Assembly: GCA_965116635.1 (NCBI GenBank)
Contig: OZ220710.1
Span: 325,638 to 389,637 of the forward strand
DNA length: 64,000 nt
From: Thermodesulfobacteriota bacterium
Lineage (GTDB): Bacteria > Desulfobacterota > Binatia > UBA9968 > JAJDTQ01
Reading direction: 5' to 3'
Shown: positions 50,245 through 59,125 of the stretch, piece by piece
Numbering within the stretch: the stretch's first letter is position 1
How the letters are laid out: each line of letters opens with the position of its first letter
Translations under genes and position numbers: made by a program
The notes under the pieces: generated by a model
The model's database searches: none
What the model was told of the DNA's origin: nothing
Seen by the model: the letters and a program-made list of their open reading frames with translations, nothing else

Positions 50245-50444
50245 GATGGTTCTCCTTTTTGGGGTAAAGAGCCCTCTCGTGATTCGCACCGGGGTACGAT
50301 AGACCAGTCAGCAGGCCTTTTCAACAACGGGATCGGGGGGAGAATCCGCACCGCGGGACGGACGGATCCGGGTATTGCCGTCTGCTTGTCCAACGTTCCC
50401 GCCCGTGATTCTATCAAGCTGTACTACGATTCTCGGGAGGCGCA

Positions 50445-51584
50445 ATGTCGAAACCGATCCTGCACGGCGTCAAGGTCCTGGACCTGAGCCACATGTACCC
50501 GGGCACTTTGTGCACCTGGCTGCTGGCGGCCCTTGGGGCGGAGATCCTCAAGGTGGAGGAGCCCGGGGCGGTGCGTTCGGGGGCGCCGTTTCTCAATCAG
50601 GGCAAGAAGAGCATCACGCTGAACCTCAAGACCGGCGCGGGACTCAAGGTCCTGCATGTCTTGGCGGAGGGGTCGGACATCGTGCTGGAAGGGTTCCGTC
50701 CCGGGGTGGCGCGCCGGCTCCGGGTGGACTATGAAACGCTCCGGCAACTGAATCCCAGGCTGGTCTACTGCTCCATATCGAGCTTCGGGCAGGCCGGACC
50801 GTCGGTGCCGTACTCGGCCCACGACATCAATTTCCTCGCGTTGAGCGGCATGCTCGGCATCGGCCGGGAGGCCGGCCGGAGGCCGTTGCCGCCGGCGGCC
50901 CAGGTTGCCGACGTGGCCGGGGGCGGGTATCCGGCGCTGAGCGCGATCCTTGCCGCCTACATCGGCGTGTTGCGGGAAGGAGAGGGCCGCTACGTCGATA
51001 TCTCCATGTTCGACTGGACCCTGCTCATGGTGGCGCGTTACCTGATGCTGGAGCCGCCGCCGCGGCGGTCCCGCCCGGTGGTGAAGCGCGAGCACGCGAC
51101 CCTGGCCGGCGCCGCCGCATGTTACGACACCTACCAGGCGTCGGACGGCGGGTTCGTGTCCGTGGCCGCCCTGGGGCCGAAGCCGTGGGGCCTGTTGTGC
51201 AAGGCCCTGGGCCTGGAGCGTTACGCCGACTCGGCCTTCGACCCGGACAAGACGCCCCGGATCAAGGCGGCGATGCGGCGCATTTTCAGGACCCGGCCCA
51301 GAGACCACTGGGTGCAGCTTCTCCGCGACGAAACCGGCCTCTCGGTGGCGCCGGTGTACGAGCCCGAGGAGGTGCTGGAGGATCCTCACGTGCGTTTCCG
51401 CAAGACGCTGGCCCGGCGCAAGGACACCGGCGCCGTCGAGTTCACCCCGCCGTTCTGGTTCGCCGGCGCCCGGAAGCCCGGCGGGCGGATCTGCCGGGTG
51501 GGGCAGCACACCGCCGCCGTGCTCAAGGGCCTCGGCTACACCGCCGCGGAGATCCGCGAGCTGCGCAAGGCCCAGGCCATCTGA
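50445..51584 (+). CDS. family III (CaiB/BaiF) CoA-transferase / racemase-like
   Basis: VKVLDLSHMYPGTLCTWLLAALGAEILKVEEP ... GQHTAAVL; 379 aa. Confidence 0.88.
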   Translation: MSKPILHGVKVLDLSHMYPGTLCTWLLAALGAEILKVEEPGAVRSGAPFLNQGKKSITLNLKTGAGLKVLHVLAEGSDIVLEGFRPGVARRLRVDYETLRQLNPRLVYCSISSFGQAGPSVPYSAHDINFLALSGMLGIGREAGRRPLPPAAQVADVAGGGYPALSAILAAYIGVLREGEGRYVDISMFDWTLLMVARYLMLEPPPRRSRPVVKREHATLAGAAACYDTYQASDGGFVSVAALGPKPWGLLCKALGLERYADSAFDPDKTPRIKAAMRRIFRTRPRDHWVQLLRDETGLSVAPVYEPEEVLEDPHVRFRKTLARRKDTGAVEFTPPFWFAGARKPGGRICRVGQHTAAVLKGLGYTAAEIRELRKAQAI

Positions 51585-51711
51585 GCGAGAGCGTCCCGGA
51601 GCGGCAGTCCGGGAGGCTCGGTTGAACACGGTTCCTGATTGGAGTAATTTCCGGTAGCCTCTCCTGGAGGGGAAACCGGGTGTTGTGCGGTGCTGCTAGA
51701 GGAGGCATTCG

Positions 51712-52833
51712 ATGTCAGACGTAAAGCCGGGGCTGGAAGGGGTGGTGGCTGGTGAGACGGCCATTTGTTCGGTGCGACCGGAAGGCGAGCTGATCTACCG
51801 TGGCTACGACGTACACGATCTGGCCGAGCAGGCAAGCTTCGAAGAAGTGGCTTACCTGGTGCTCTTCGGCAGGCTTCCCTCGGGTGCCGAGCTGAAGGCG
51901 TTCGACGCGGAGTTGCGCTCCGGCCGGGCGCTTCCGCCGGGGGTGATCGAGAGCCTCGAGCTGCTTCCCTCGGATGCGGTGCCGATGGACGCTCTGCGTA
52001 CCGCGGTGTCGTCGCTGGCGCTCTACGATCCCGATGCCGGAGACGACTCCCGCGACGCCAACCTGCGCAAGGCGACCCGCCTGCTGGCGCGCATGGCTAC
52101 GGTGGTTGCCGCGCTGCACCGCCTCTCCCAGGGTCTGGAGGTGGTGGCGCCGGACCCGGAGCTAAACCACGCCGCCAACTTTCTCCACATGCTGCGGGGC
52201 GAGCGGCCGGACGAGTTCGAGGCGAGGGTGCTGGAGGTGACGCTGATCCTCTACATGGAGCACGAGTTCAATGCCTCCACCTTCACAGCCCGGGTCATCG
52301 CCTCCACGCTGTCGGACCTGTACGGCGCGGTGGTGGGCGCCATCGCGGCCCTCAAGGGCCCGCTCCACGGCGGCGCCAACGAGAAGGCCATGGACGTGAT
52401 CCTGGAGATCGGCGAGCCGGCCCGGGCCGAGGCCTGGGTGGAGGAGAGCCTGCGGCAGAAGAAGCGCGTGATGGGATTCGGCCATCGCATCTACAAGACC
52501 GCGGACTCGCGGGTAGAGGTGGCCAAGAAGTGGGGCGGCCTGCTCGGCAAGCAGCTCGACGACACCCGGTTGAGCGATATCTGCATCACCGTGGAGGAGG
52601 TGATGCGCCGGGAGAAGAACCTCTGCCCCAACGTGGACTTCTACGCCGCGCCCATCTACCACATGATGAAGATTCCCATCAGCCTCAACACTCCCATCTT
52701 CGCCATGAGCCGGGTGGTAGGCTGGTCGGCGCACATCATCGAGCAGATCGACAACAACCGGCTGTTCCGGCCCAACTCAAAGTACGTGGGGGCCACGGGC
52801 CTCGAGTTCCAGCCGCTGGACCGGCGCGGCTGA
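51712..52833 (+). CDS. citrate synthase / 2-methylcitrate synthase (short type)
   Basis: GLEGVVAGETAI, LYMEHEFNAST, GPLHGGANE, GFGHRIYK, PNVDFY; 373 aa. Confidence 0.93.
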   Translation: MSDVKPGLEGVVAGETAICSVRPEGELIYRGYDVHDLAEQASFEEVAYLVLFGRLPSGAELKAFDAELRSGRALPPGVIESLELLPSDAVPMDALRTAVSSLALYDPDAGDDSRDANLRKATRLLARMATVVAALHRLSQGLEVVAPDPELNHAANFLHMLRGERPDEFEARVLEVTLILYMEHEFNASTFTARVIASTLSDLYGAVVGAIAALKGPLHGGANEKAMDVILEIGEPARAEAWVEESLRQKKRVMGFGHRIYKTADSRVEVAKKWGGLLGKQLDDTRLSDICITVEEVMRREKNLCPNVDFYAAPIYHMMKIPISLNTPIFAMSRVVGWSAHIIEQIDNNRLFRPNSKYVGATGLEFQPLDRRG

Positions 52834-52877
52834 GGGGCTGAACCGGCCGCGGAATGAATAGCTGTGGAACCATTCCC

Positions 52878-52924
52878 CGTTCGTCCTGAGCGTAGCGAGG
52901 TCCGCCGAGCGAAGTCGAAGGACG
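52878..52924. repeat. solitary arm of the REP-like element (CGTTCGTCCTGAGCGTAGCG...GAGCGAAGTCGAAGGACG)
   Basis: Matches the right arm of the 59973-60061 palindrome, with a short internal insertion. Confidence 0.75.
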
Positions 52925-52949
52925 CGGTCACCCTGGACATGTCGAACCC

Positions 52950-55403
52950 ATGGCGGAGCCACAAACCGCACCACAAGCGCTTGATGGCGTGAGGGTCCTG
53001 GAGCTGGCGGGTCCCGAGGGCGAGTACTGCGGCAAGCTCTTGGCCGACTTCGGCGCCGAGGTGATCAAGGTCGAGCCGCCCGGGGGCAGCCCTTCCCGCG
53101 GCGAGCCTCCGTTCAAGGACGACCGGCCGGGGTCCGAAAACAGCCTTTCCTTCCTCTACTTCAACGCCAACAAGAAGAGCATCATCGCGGACCTCGATAC
53201 CGATGCCGGCCGGGAGCGCGTCCGGGGCCTGGCCCGGACCGTGGACGTGGTGCTGGAGAGTTCCGCGCCCGGGTCCCTCGCGGACATGGGGCTGGGGCAC
53301 GGGGATTTGCTCGCCGCCAACCCGCGCCTGGTCTACGCGTCCGTTACGGCGTTCGGCCAGACCGGGCCCTACAGCCAATACCGCTGGTCCGGGCTGGTGG
53401 CCTTCGCCATGGGCGGGCTCATGTATGTCAGCGGCAAGCCGTCGTTGCCGCCGGTGAACGCGCCCGGCGCGCAGGCGTTCCTGGTGGGCTCGGCCCACGC
53501 CGCCCTGGCCATATTGATGGCGTTGTGGCACGTGCGGCAGGGCGGCGCGGGACAGCACGTCGACGTGTCGATGATGGACTGCCTGGCGGCCATGGAGAAC
53601 ATGGTCTCGCGTTCCGCTTCCACGGGGGTCCACCCGCGGCGGGACGGCACCCAGCACCGCTTCGCCACCCCCGGCACCATCTACCGCTGCCGCGACGGCT
53701 TCGTGCACATCTTCGTGACCAACTCCCAGCCCGGGGCGTGGGAGCGGTTCGTGGACTGGCTGGGGCGGCCGGCGGCGCTGACGGGCGACGAGTTCGCGGA
53801 CCCGGTCTATCGCCGTGCCCACGTGGCGGAGGTGGACCGGGTCGTGTCCGGGGTCCTGGCGGAGTTGCCCAAGGAAAAGGTTTACGAGGAGTTGCAGGAC
53901 TGCCACATTCCCTGCGCCCCGGTGAACACGCCGCTCGAGTTCGTGCGCGACCGCCACATCGAGTCCCGGGGTCTGGTCGTGGATACTGTCCACCCGCGAC
54001 TCGGTCCCATGGAATTTCCGGCCCGGCCCTACAAGACCGATAGCTGTAGGTTCCGGCACCACGCTCCCTCTCTGGGGGAGCACGACCGGGAACTGCTCGA
54101 TGGCGGGGATCCGCCGCCGGTTCATTCGCGTCGCGCCCATCGGCGGCCGGCGCGGGACGACCACGCGGACCGGGCGTCAGCCCCCGGGGTTTCCGTGGGA
54201 AACGGCGCGCTGCCCCTGGAAGGTATCCGCGTGGCCGACTTCACCCACATGGTCGCCGGCCCCTACGGAACCATGCAGCTCGCGTACTTTGGCGCCGAGG
54301 TGATCAAGATCGAGTCCCGGGCAAGGCCCGACACCTGGCGCATCCGCGAGGGCAACAAGGACGTGGAAGCGTCGCTGCCGTTTGCCGACCACAACCGGAA
54401 CAAGCTTTCGATCACCGCCAATCTCAAGTCCGAAGAGGGCAGGGAGGTGGCGCGGCGCATCATCGCCGAGAGCGACGTGGTGGTGGAAAACTTCAGCGTC
54501 GGAGTCATGGATCGTCTTGGCCTGGGCTACGAGGAGCTCAAGGCGCTGAAGCCCGACATCATCATGATCCGGCTTCAGGGGCTCGGCACCACCGGCCCCC
54601 GGAAGAACTACGTGACCTGGGGCCCCAGCCTGATGCCGTTTTCCGGCATGACCTGGCTCTGGAACCACCCGGACGGCGGCGCGCCCGTGGGGTCGCAGAC
54701 CTCTTATCCCGACTACATCGTTTCCATTCACATGGCCTTCGTGCTGATGGCGGCGCTGCATCACAAGGCCAACACGGGCGAGGGGCAGTTCATCGACATC
54801 GCCCAGGGCGAAGTCACGGCATCGCTCATCGGGCCGGCGCTGCTGGACGGCCTGGTCAACGGACGCGCGGCGAAGCCCGTGGGGAACCGCGGCCACGCCG
54901 GCGCTCCCCACGGCTGTTACCCTTGCCGGGGCGACGACGCGTGGTGTGCCGTCTCGGTGGGGGATGACGAGGAATGGCGCCGTTTTTGCGCCGCCACCGG
55001 CCATCGGGCGGCGTTCGGGGACGAGCGGTTCGCCAGCGCCGACCGGAGGCTGGCCAACGCCGCCGCCCTGGATGAACTGGTATCGGAGTGGACCCGGGAG
55101 CGGAGTCCGCGCGAGGTCATGGAGGCGCTCCAGGCGAGTGGCGTGACCGCGGGGATGGTGTCCGACGGCACCACCCTCGTCACCGACCCGCACTTGCGGA
55201 GCCGCCGCTCCGTGGTCGAGCACGGGCACCCGCGCCAGGGCCGGCTCACGCTGCCCGGCATCGTGACGAAGCTGTCCGGGACACCGGGAGAGATCCGCCG
55301 CCACGCCCCGTTGCTGGGGCAGGATACCCACGCGGTTCTCAGCGGATTGCTCGGGCTGACCGAAGACGAGATTCGCGGCCTGGAGGCCGCCGGGGCGTTT
55401 TGA
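52950..55403 (+). CDS. tandem fusion of two family III CoA-transferase units (A-like plus B-like), 817 aa
   Basis: The N-terminal half parallels the 37280 product (VRVLELAGPEGEYCGKLLADFGAEVIKVEPP). The C-terminal half parallels the 38476 product (PFSGMTWLWNHPDGGAPVGSQTSYPDY; APHGCYPCRGDDAWCAVSVGDDEEWRRF). An Arg/Pro/His-rich linker of about 45 aa lies around nt 54100-54230. Confidence 0.88.
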   Translation: MAEPQTAPQALDGVRVLELAGPEGEYCGKLLADFGAEVIKVEPPGGSPSRGEPPFKDDRPGSENSLSFLYFNANKKSIIADLDTDAGRERVRGLARTVDVVLESSAPGSLADMGLGHGDLLAANPRLVYASVTAFGQTGPYSQYRWSGLVAFAMGGLMYVSGKPSLPPVNAPGAQAFLVGSAHAALAILMALWHVRQGGAGQHVDVSMMDCLAAMENMVSRSASTGVHPRRDGTQHRFATPGTIYRCRDGFVHIFVTNSQPGAWERFVDWLGRPAALTGDEFADPVYRRAHVAEVDRVVSGVLAELPKEKVYEELQDCHIPCAPVNTPLEFVRDRHIESRGLVVDTVHPRLGPMEFPARPYKTDSCRFRHHAPSLGEHDRELLDGGDPPPVHSRRAHRRPARDDHADRASAPGVSVGNGALPLEGIRVADFTHMVAGPYGTMQLAYFGAEVIKIESRARPDTWRIREGNKDVEASLPFADHNRNKLSITANLKSEEGREVARRIIAESDVVVENFSVGVMDRLGLGYEELKALKPDIIMIRLQGLGTTGPRKNYVTWGPSLMPFSGMTWLWNHPDGGAPVGSQTSYPDYIVSIHMAFVLMAALHHKANTGEGQFIDIAQGEVTASLIGPALLDGLVNGRAAKPVGNRGHAGAPHGCYPCRGDDAWCAVSVGDDEEWRRFCAATGHRAAFGDERFASADRRLANAAALDELVSEWTRERSPREVMEALQASGVTAGMVSDGTTLVTDPHLRSRRSVVEHGHPRQGRLTLPGIVTKLSGTPGEIRRHAPLLGQDTHAVLSGLLGLTEDEIRGLEAAGAF

Positions 55404-55474
55404 GCACGGTCAGCAGGGAATGACCCAGGCGCCCGGGAATGACTGATTCAACGCGGAGAGGAGCAAGCAACGAC

Positions 55475-56260
55475 ATGGACTATCAAGCCATCCTGTTCGA
55501 GAAAAAGAACGGCATCGCCTACGTGACCCTGAACCGTCCGGAAGTGCTGAACGCGCGCAACCGGCGCATGCGCGAGGAACTCATCGAAGCAGTCACGGTC
55601 ATCCGGGCGGACCCGGAGGTGCGCGTGGTGATCATCACGGGCGCGGGGGAGCGGTCGTTCTCGGCCGGCCGTGACCTCAAGGAAGCGGCCCAGGAAAAGG
55701 TCGGCGTGGTGGCGGCCCGGCAGGCGAAGATGGAAATCAGCGACACCGAGATGATCGCCCGGCTCAACAAGCCGGTGATCGCGGCCATCAACGGGTTCGC
55801 CCTGGGCGGCGGCTGCGAGCTGGCGCTGGCCTGCGACATCCGGGTGGCGGTGGAAGGGGCCAAGGTGGGACTCCCGGAAGTCTCCCGCGGCATGATCCCC
55901 GGCAGCGGCGGCACCCAGCGCCTGTCGCGGGTGGTGGGGCTCGGCAAGGCGCTGGAGCTGATCCTCACGGGCAGCGTGATCGACGCGGAGGAAGCCTGCC
56001 GCATCGGTCTGGTGAACAAGGTTGTTCCCCGCGATGGGCTCATGGCCGCGGCCGAGGAGTACGCCACGGCCATTGCCACCAAGGCGCCGGTGGCCGTCGT
56101 CTTCGCCAAGGAGGCGGTGCGCGAGGGCTACGAGATGTCGCTGGACGACGGCTTGCGCCTGGAGACCGACCTCTCGGCGCTCCTGAGGACCACCTCGGAC
56201 GTCAAGGAAGGTGCGCGGGCCTTCGTGGAGAAACGTGCACCCCAGTGGCGCGGAGAGTGA
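55475..56260 (+). CDS. enoyl-CoA hydratase/isomerase (crotonase family)
   Basis: Start at MDYQAILFEKKNGIAYVTLNRPEVLNA. ITGAGERSFSAGRDL, INGFALGGGCELALACD. Confidence 0.9.
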   Translation: MDYQAILFEKKNGIAYVTLNRPEVLNARNRRMREELIEAVTVIRADPEVRVVIITGAGERSFSAGRDLKEAAQEKVGVVAARQAKMEISDTEMIARLNKPVIAAINGFALGGGCELALACDIRVAVEGAKVGLPEVSRGMIPGSGGTQRLSRVVGLGKALELILTGSVIDAEEACRIGLVNKVVPRDGLMAAAEEYATAIATKAPVAVVFAKEAVREGYEMSLDDGLRLETDLSALLRTTSDVKEGARAFVEKRAPQWRGE

Positions 56261-56402
56261 CCCCGGCTTCGGCTGGTCGTCCTCGGTGTCGCATGGGTTG
56301 TACGGCCGAGACGAGACTCAGCCGACGTTTGTGATTCGATAGTCGGGCGCCTTGTTGGCCGTGCGTCCCCACTACTCACTTCGAGCACTTACCCCGTTGC
56401 AT

Positions 56403-56565
56403 TAGTGTGGTGTCTGGTTAATTCGCGTCATAATCTGCGGGTCTTTTTCGCCGTCGGCTGCGTTGCTCTTCCTCGCGTGGTGCCCGCCACTGCTCGTCAT
56501 CGCGCCTTGCCGACGACAAAAAATCCTCCGCATATTATGACGCGAATTAACCAGACACCACACTA
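56403..56565 (+). mobile_element. MITE-like element, copy A (163 bp, 38-bp terminal inverted repeats)
   Basis: TAGTGTGGTGTCTGGTTAATTCGCGTCATAATCTGCGG at 56403-56440, with its reverse complement at 56528-56565 (one mismatch). No coding capacity. Confidence 0.7.
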
Positions 56566-56652
56566 GCTGGTGCTTTGGCCTTTCTGGCTTCGGCAGTTTG
56601 CCGGTGTCTTGAGTTCTGTACCTGGTTATCACGGCGCGCAGGAGGATGTCCT

Positions 56653-58872
56653 TTGGGTCCGGCTTCGGAGAATACCATAGAGCGGCGTTTGGCTGACCAC
56701 ATCGTGCGGCACAGATGCTTGTGGTTCATGGCGGTAGTAGTGACGGTGGGGTTGTTGGGTGTTGGGGTGTCAATGTTGAACGTCAAATCCGATTACAGGG
56801 ACTTCGTGGACCCGAAAGACCCGTACCGGCAGGCGCTGGAGATGATGGCCGAGAGGTATTCCGAGGTGGGTGATGTGGCGGTCGTCCTGCTCCGGCCGCG
56901 GAGTGAGGACATATTTCAACCAAGGGTTCTTGCCGCCACCGGTTGGGTGACTGAGGAAATCGCCAAGCTGGCATACGTCACACGGGTCCAGTCAGTAACA
57001 CAATTACTCAGGAGTCGACGTGCCGAGGACACGGCAAGCGTGGTTTCCACTTCGAGCGCGGCGGCAAGCCTACGAGCCGGTGACTTGAGTGGTTTCCTGG
57101 TTTCGCGCACTGGCGACGCGCTGGCCGTAGTGGCGTACGTGGATCTTGCCGCTTCCAGCGATCGGACGGCGGCGGCGAGGACAGTGGCGAGGGACTTGCG
57201 CAAGTTAAGACGGCTGGCGGAAGACCGGTACGACATGTCTGTCTATCTGCTCGGTTCGGTGATGTTCGATCAAGCGATGGTGGACGCCGTTGCTCTGGAC
57301 TCCAAGTGGCTGGTGCCGGGGATTTTCGCACTATTCTTCGTACTTGTAGGAATGGCGTTCCGTTCCGCGGGAGTGCCGGCGGCCGTAACAGCATGTCTGG
57401 TGTTGACCGTCGTTGGAGCCTTTGGGAGTGCAGGGTGGTTGGGGGTGGATATCAATGTCTTCTCGTTTTCGGCGATTTTCGTGATGGTGACCATAGCCAT
57501 CGCCGACAGCGTCCACTTGGTGGCTAACTACGTAATCACGTTACGGGACCGTGAGCCTGCGGATGCAATGCGATGTAGTTTGGAACTGAATCTGCGCCCG
57601 ATCTTCCTTACGTCCATTACCACGGTGGCGGGCCTTCTTGGCCTCTGTTTTAGTCCTTCGCCGCCAGTGCGGGCGCTAGGAGCGGTGACGGCACTCGGTG
57701 TTCTGGTGGCGATGATCGTCACGGTGGGGTTGGTGCCGATGCTTGTGATGGCGGCGCGGCCGAGGGCCATGTTGTCCATCACGTGGTTGAACGCTGCGTT
57801 CAGTCAACTGGCTGCGGTGGTGGTACGGCGTCGCGTGTTTTTCGGCAGTGTGACAGTGGGCCTCTGCGTGGTTGCCACGGTGCCCATTTACCGAAACGTT
57901 CTTGATGACAATTCCCTGGAGTGGTTTTCGGACAGGTTGGAGTTCGGTCGGGCTATTGAGTTTGCAGACGGCCGCATCGCGGGCCTGCGGTCGGTGACCT
58001 ACTCGGTGGATTGCGGGGAAGCGAATGGCGTGTTCACCAGGGGATGTGGAGACGAGACGAATCGCTTCGCAGAGTGGTTGCTTGCACAGCCGGAGACGAT
58101 TCACGTCCGCTCCTTTCGGAACTGTCCTGGTCTGACGTATGGTGCAATGAAGTCAGGCGAGGGTACGAGCGCGAGCGCAGGAGGGGCACTCCGGAGGACT
58201 GGTAGAGCCTGCGACCTCATCGACCCGATGGCTCGCCATTCGAAAGTTGTGGTCGAACTTGGAAAGGTGAGTAACGAAGAACTGCTATCTTTCGAAGAGA
58301 AGACCAGAGGCTGGTTGGGCCGGAACTCCTTCGCTTACGACGTTCAGTCGGCCAGTGTCCCGCTCATGTTCGCTCGACTTAGTCAGGAGAACCTCCGGGG
58401 AATGGTATACGGCGGCATTCTTGCCGTATTTCTGATCACGGTTGTAGTGGGTGTGGGCCTATGGTCGTGGAGGTATGCGTTGGTGAGCCTGGTGCCGAAC
58501 ATACTTCCGATGTTGGCCGTCTACGGTTGCTGGGGCTTCCTCGTTGCGGAAGTGAACATCGGAGTCGCTGCGATGTTTAGTACCGCGTTGGGTGTAGTCG
58601 TGGACGACACGATCCACATAATGACGAAATTTCGTGCAGCATTGCGGAGTGGATGCGACACGGAACAGGGCATACAATATGCCCTGAAGACGGCCGGACC
58701 GGCCGTCTTTTTTACCACGTTGTGCCTTTGTGTAGGGTTTTTCATCCTTGGTCTATCGGCGTTTCAGTTGTCCGCGGTTCTGGGCGTGTTGGTAGGGTCC
58801 ACACTCCTCGCGGCCTTGGGGCTGGATATATTTGTGCTTCTGCCGTTACTAACGTGGCGACGTTTGCGGTAG
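56653..58872 (+). CDS. MMPL/RND-superfamily transporter, second copy (739 aa from TTG 56653)
   Basis: AGGAGGA RBS 6-7 nt before the in-frame TTG. Same two-block architecture as the 30676-32961 product (SDYRDFVDPKDP; GVVVDDTIHIMTKF). Visibly lower GC than its neighbours. Confidence 0.85.
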   Translation: MGPASENTIERRLADHIVRHRCLWFMAVVVTVGLLGVGVSMLNVKSDYRDFVDPKDPYRQALEMMAERYSEVGDVAVVLLRPRSEDIFQPRVLAATGWVTEEIAKLAYVTRVQSVTQLLRSRRAEDTASVVSTSSAAASLRAGDLSGFLVSRTGDALAVVAYVDLAASSDRTAAARTVARDLRKLRRLAEDRYDMSVYLLGSVMFDQAMVDAVALDSKWLVPGIFALFFVLVGMAFRSAGVPAAVTACLVLTVVGAFGSAGWLGVDINVFSFSAIFVMVTIAIADSVHLVANYVITLRDREPADAMRCSLELNLRPIFLTSITTVAGLLGLCFSPSPPVRALGAVTALGVLVAMIVTVGLVPMLVMAARPRAMLSITWLNAAFSQLAAVVVRRRVFFGSVTVGLCVVATVPIYRNVLDDNSLEWFSDRLEFGRAIEFADGRIAGLRSVTYSVDCGEANGVFTRGCGDETNRFAEWLLAQPETIHVRSFRNCPGLTYGAMKSGEGTSASAGGALRRTGRACDLIDPMARHSKVVVELGKVSNEELLSFEEKTRGWLGRNSFAYDVQSASVPLMFARLSQENLRGMVYGGILAVFLITVVVGVGLWSWRYALVSLVPNILPMLAVYGCWGFLVAEVNIGVAAMFSTALGVVVDDTIHIMTKFRAALRSGCDTEQGIQYALKTAGPAVFFTTLCLCVGFFILGLSAFQLSAVLGVLVGSTLLAALGLDIFVLLPLLTWRRLR

Positions 58873-58889
58873 GAAACTCTGATGCCGCC

Positions 58890-59113
58890 AGTGTGGTGTC
58901 TGGTTAATTCGCATCATAATCTGCGGAGGATTTTTTGTCGTCGGCAAGGCGCGATGACTTGTAGGGGCGACCTGCGGTCGCCCTTCAGTGGCGGGCACCA
59001 CGCGAGGAAGAGCAACGCAGCCGCCCTTCGACTTCGCTTCGCAGCTACGCTCAGGATGCGCGTAGCGAAAAAGACCCGCAGATTATGACGCGAATTAACC
59101 AGACACCACCCTA
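58890..59113 (-). mobile_element. MITE-like element, copy B (inverted relative to A, with two nested insertions)
   Basis: Same TIRs (58890-58926 and 59077-59113) and the same core in reverse complement. Also carries a GC palindrome (58965-58983) and a REP-like arm (about 59023-59064). Confidence 0.7.
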
Positions 59114-59125
59114 GGGAGGCAAGTC

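Noticed and set aside
54100-54230. Hidden stop or frameshift splitting the 817-aa double CoA-transferase into two genes
   Set aside because: The given sequence is open in one frame throughout and both halves are in that frame. The odd Arg/Pro/His-rich linker is noted, but I cannot show an error from the sequence alone.
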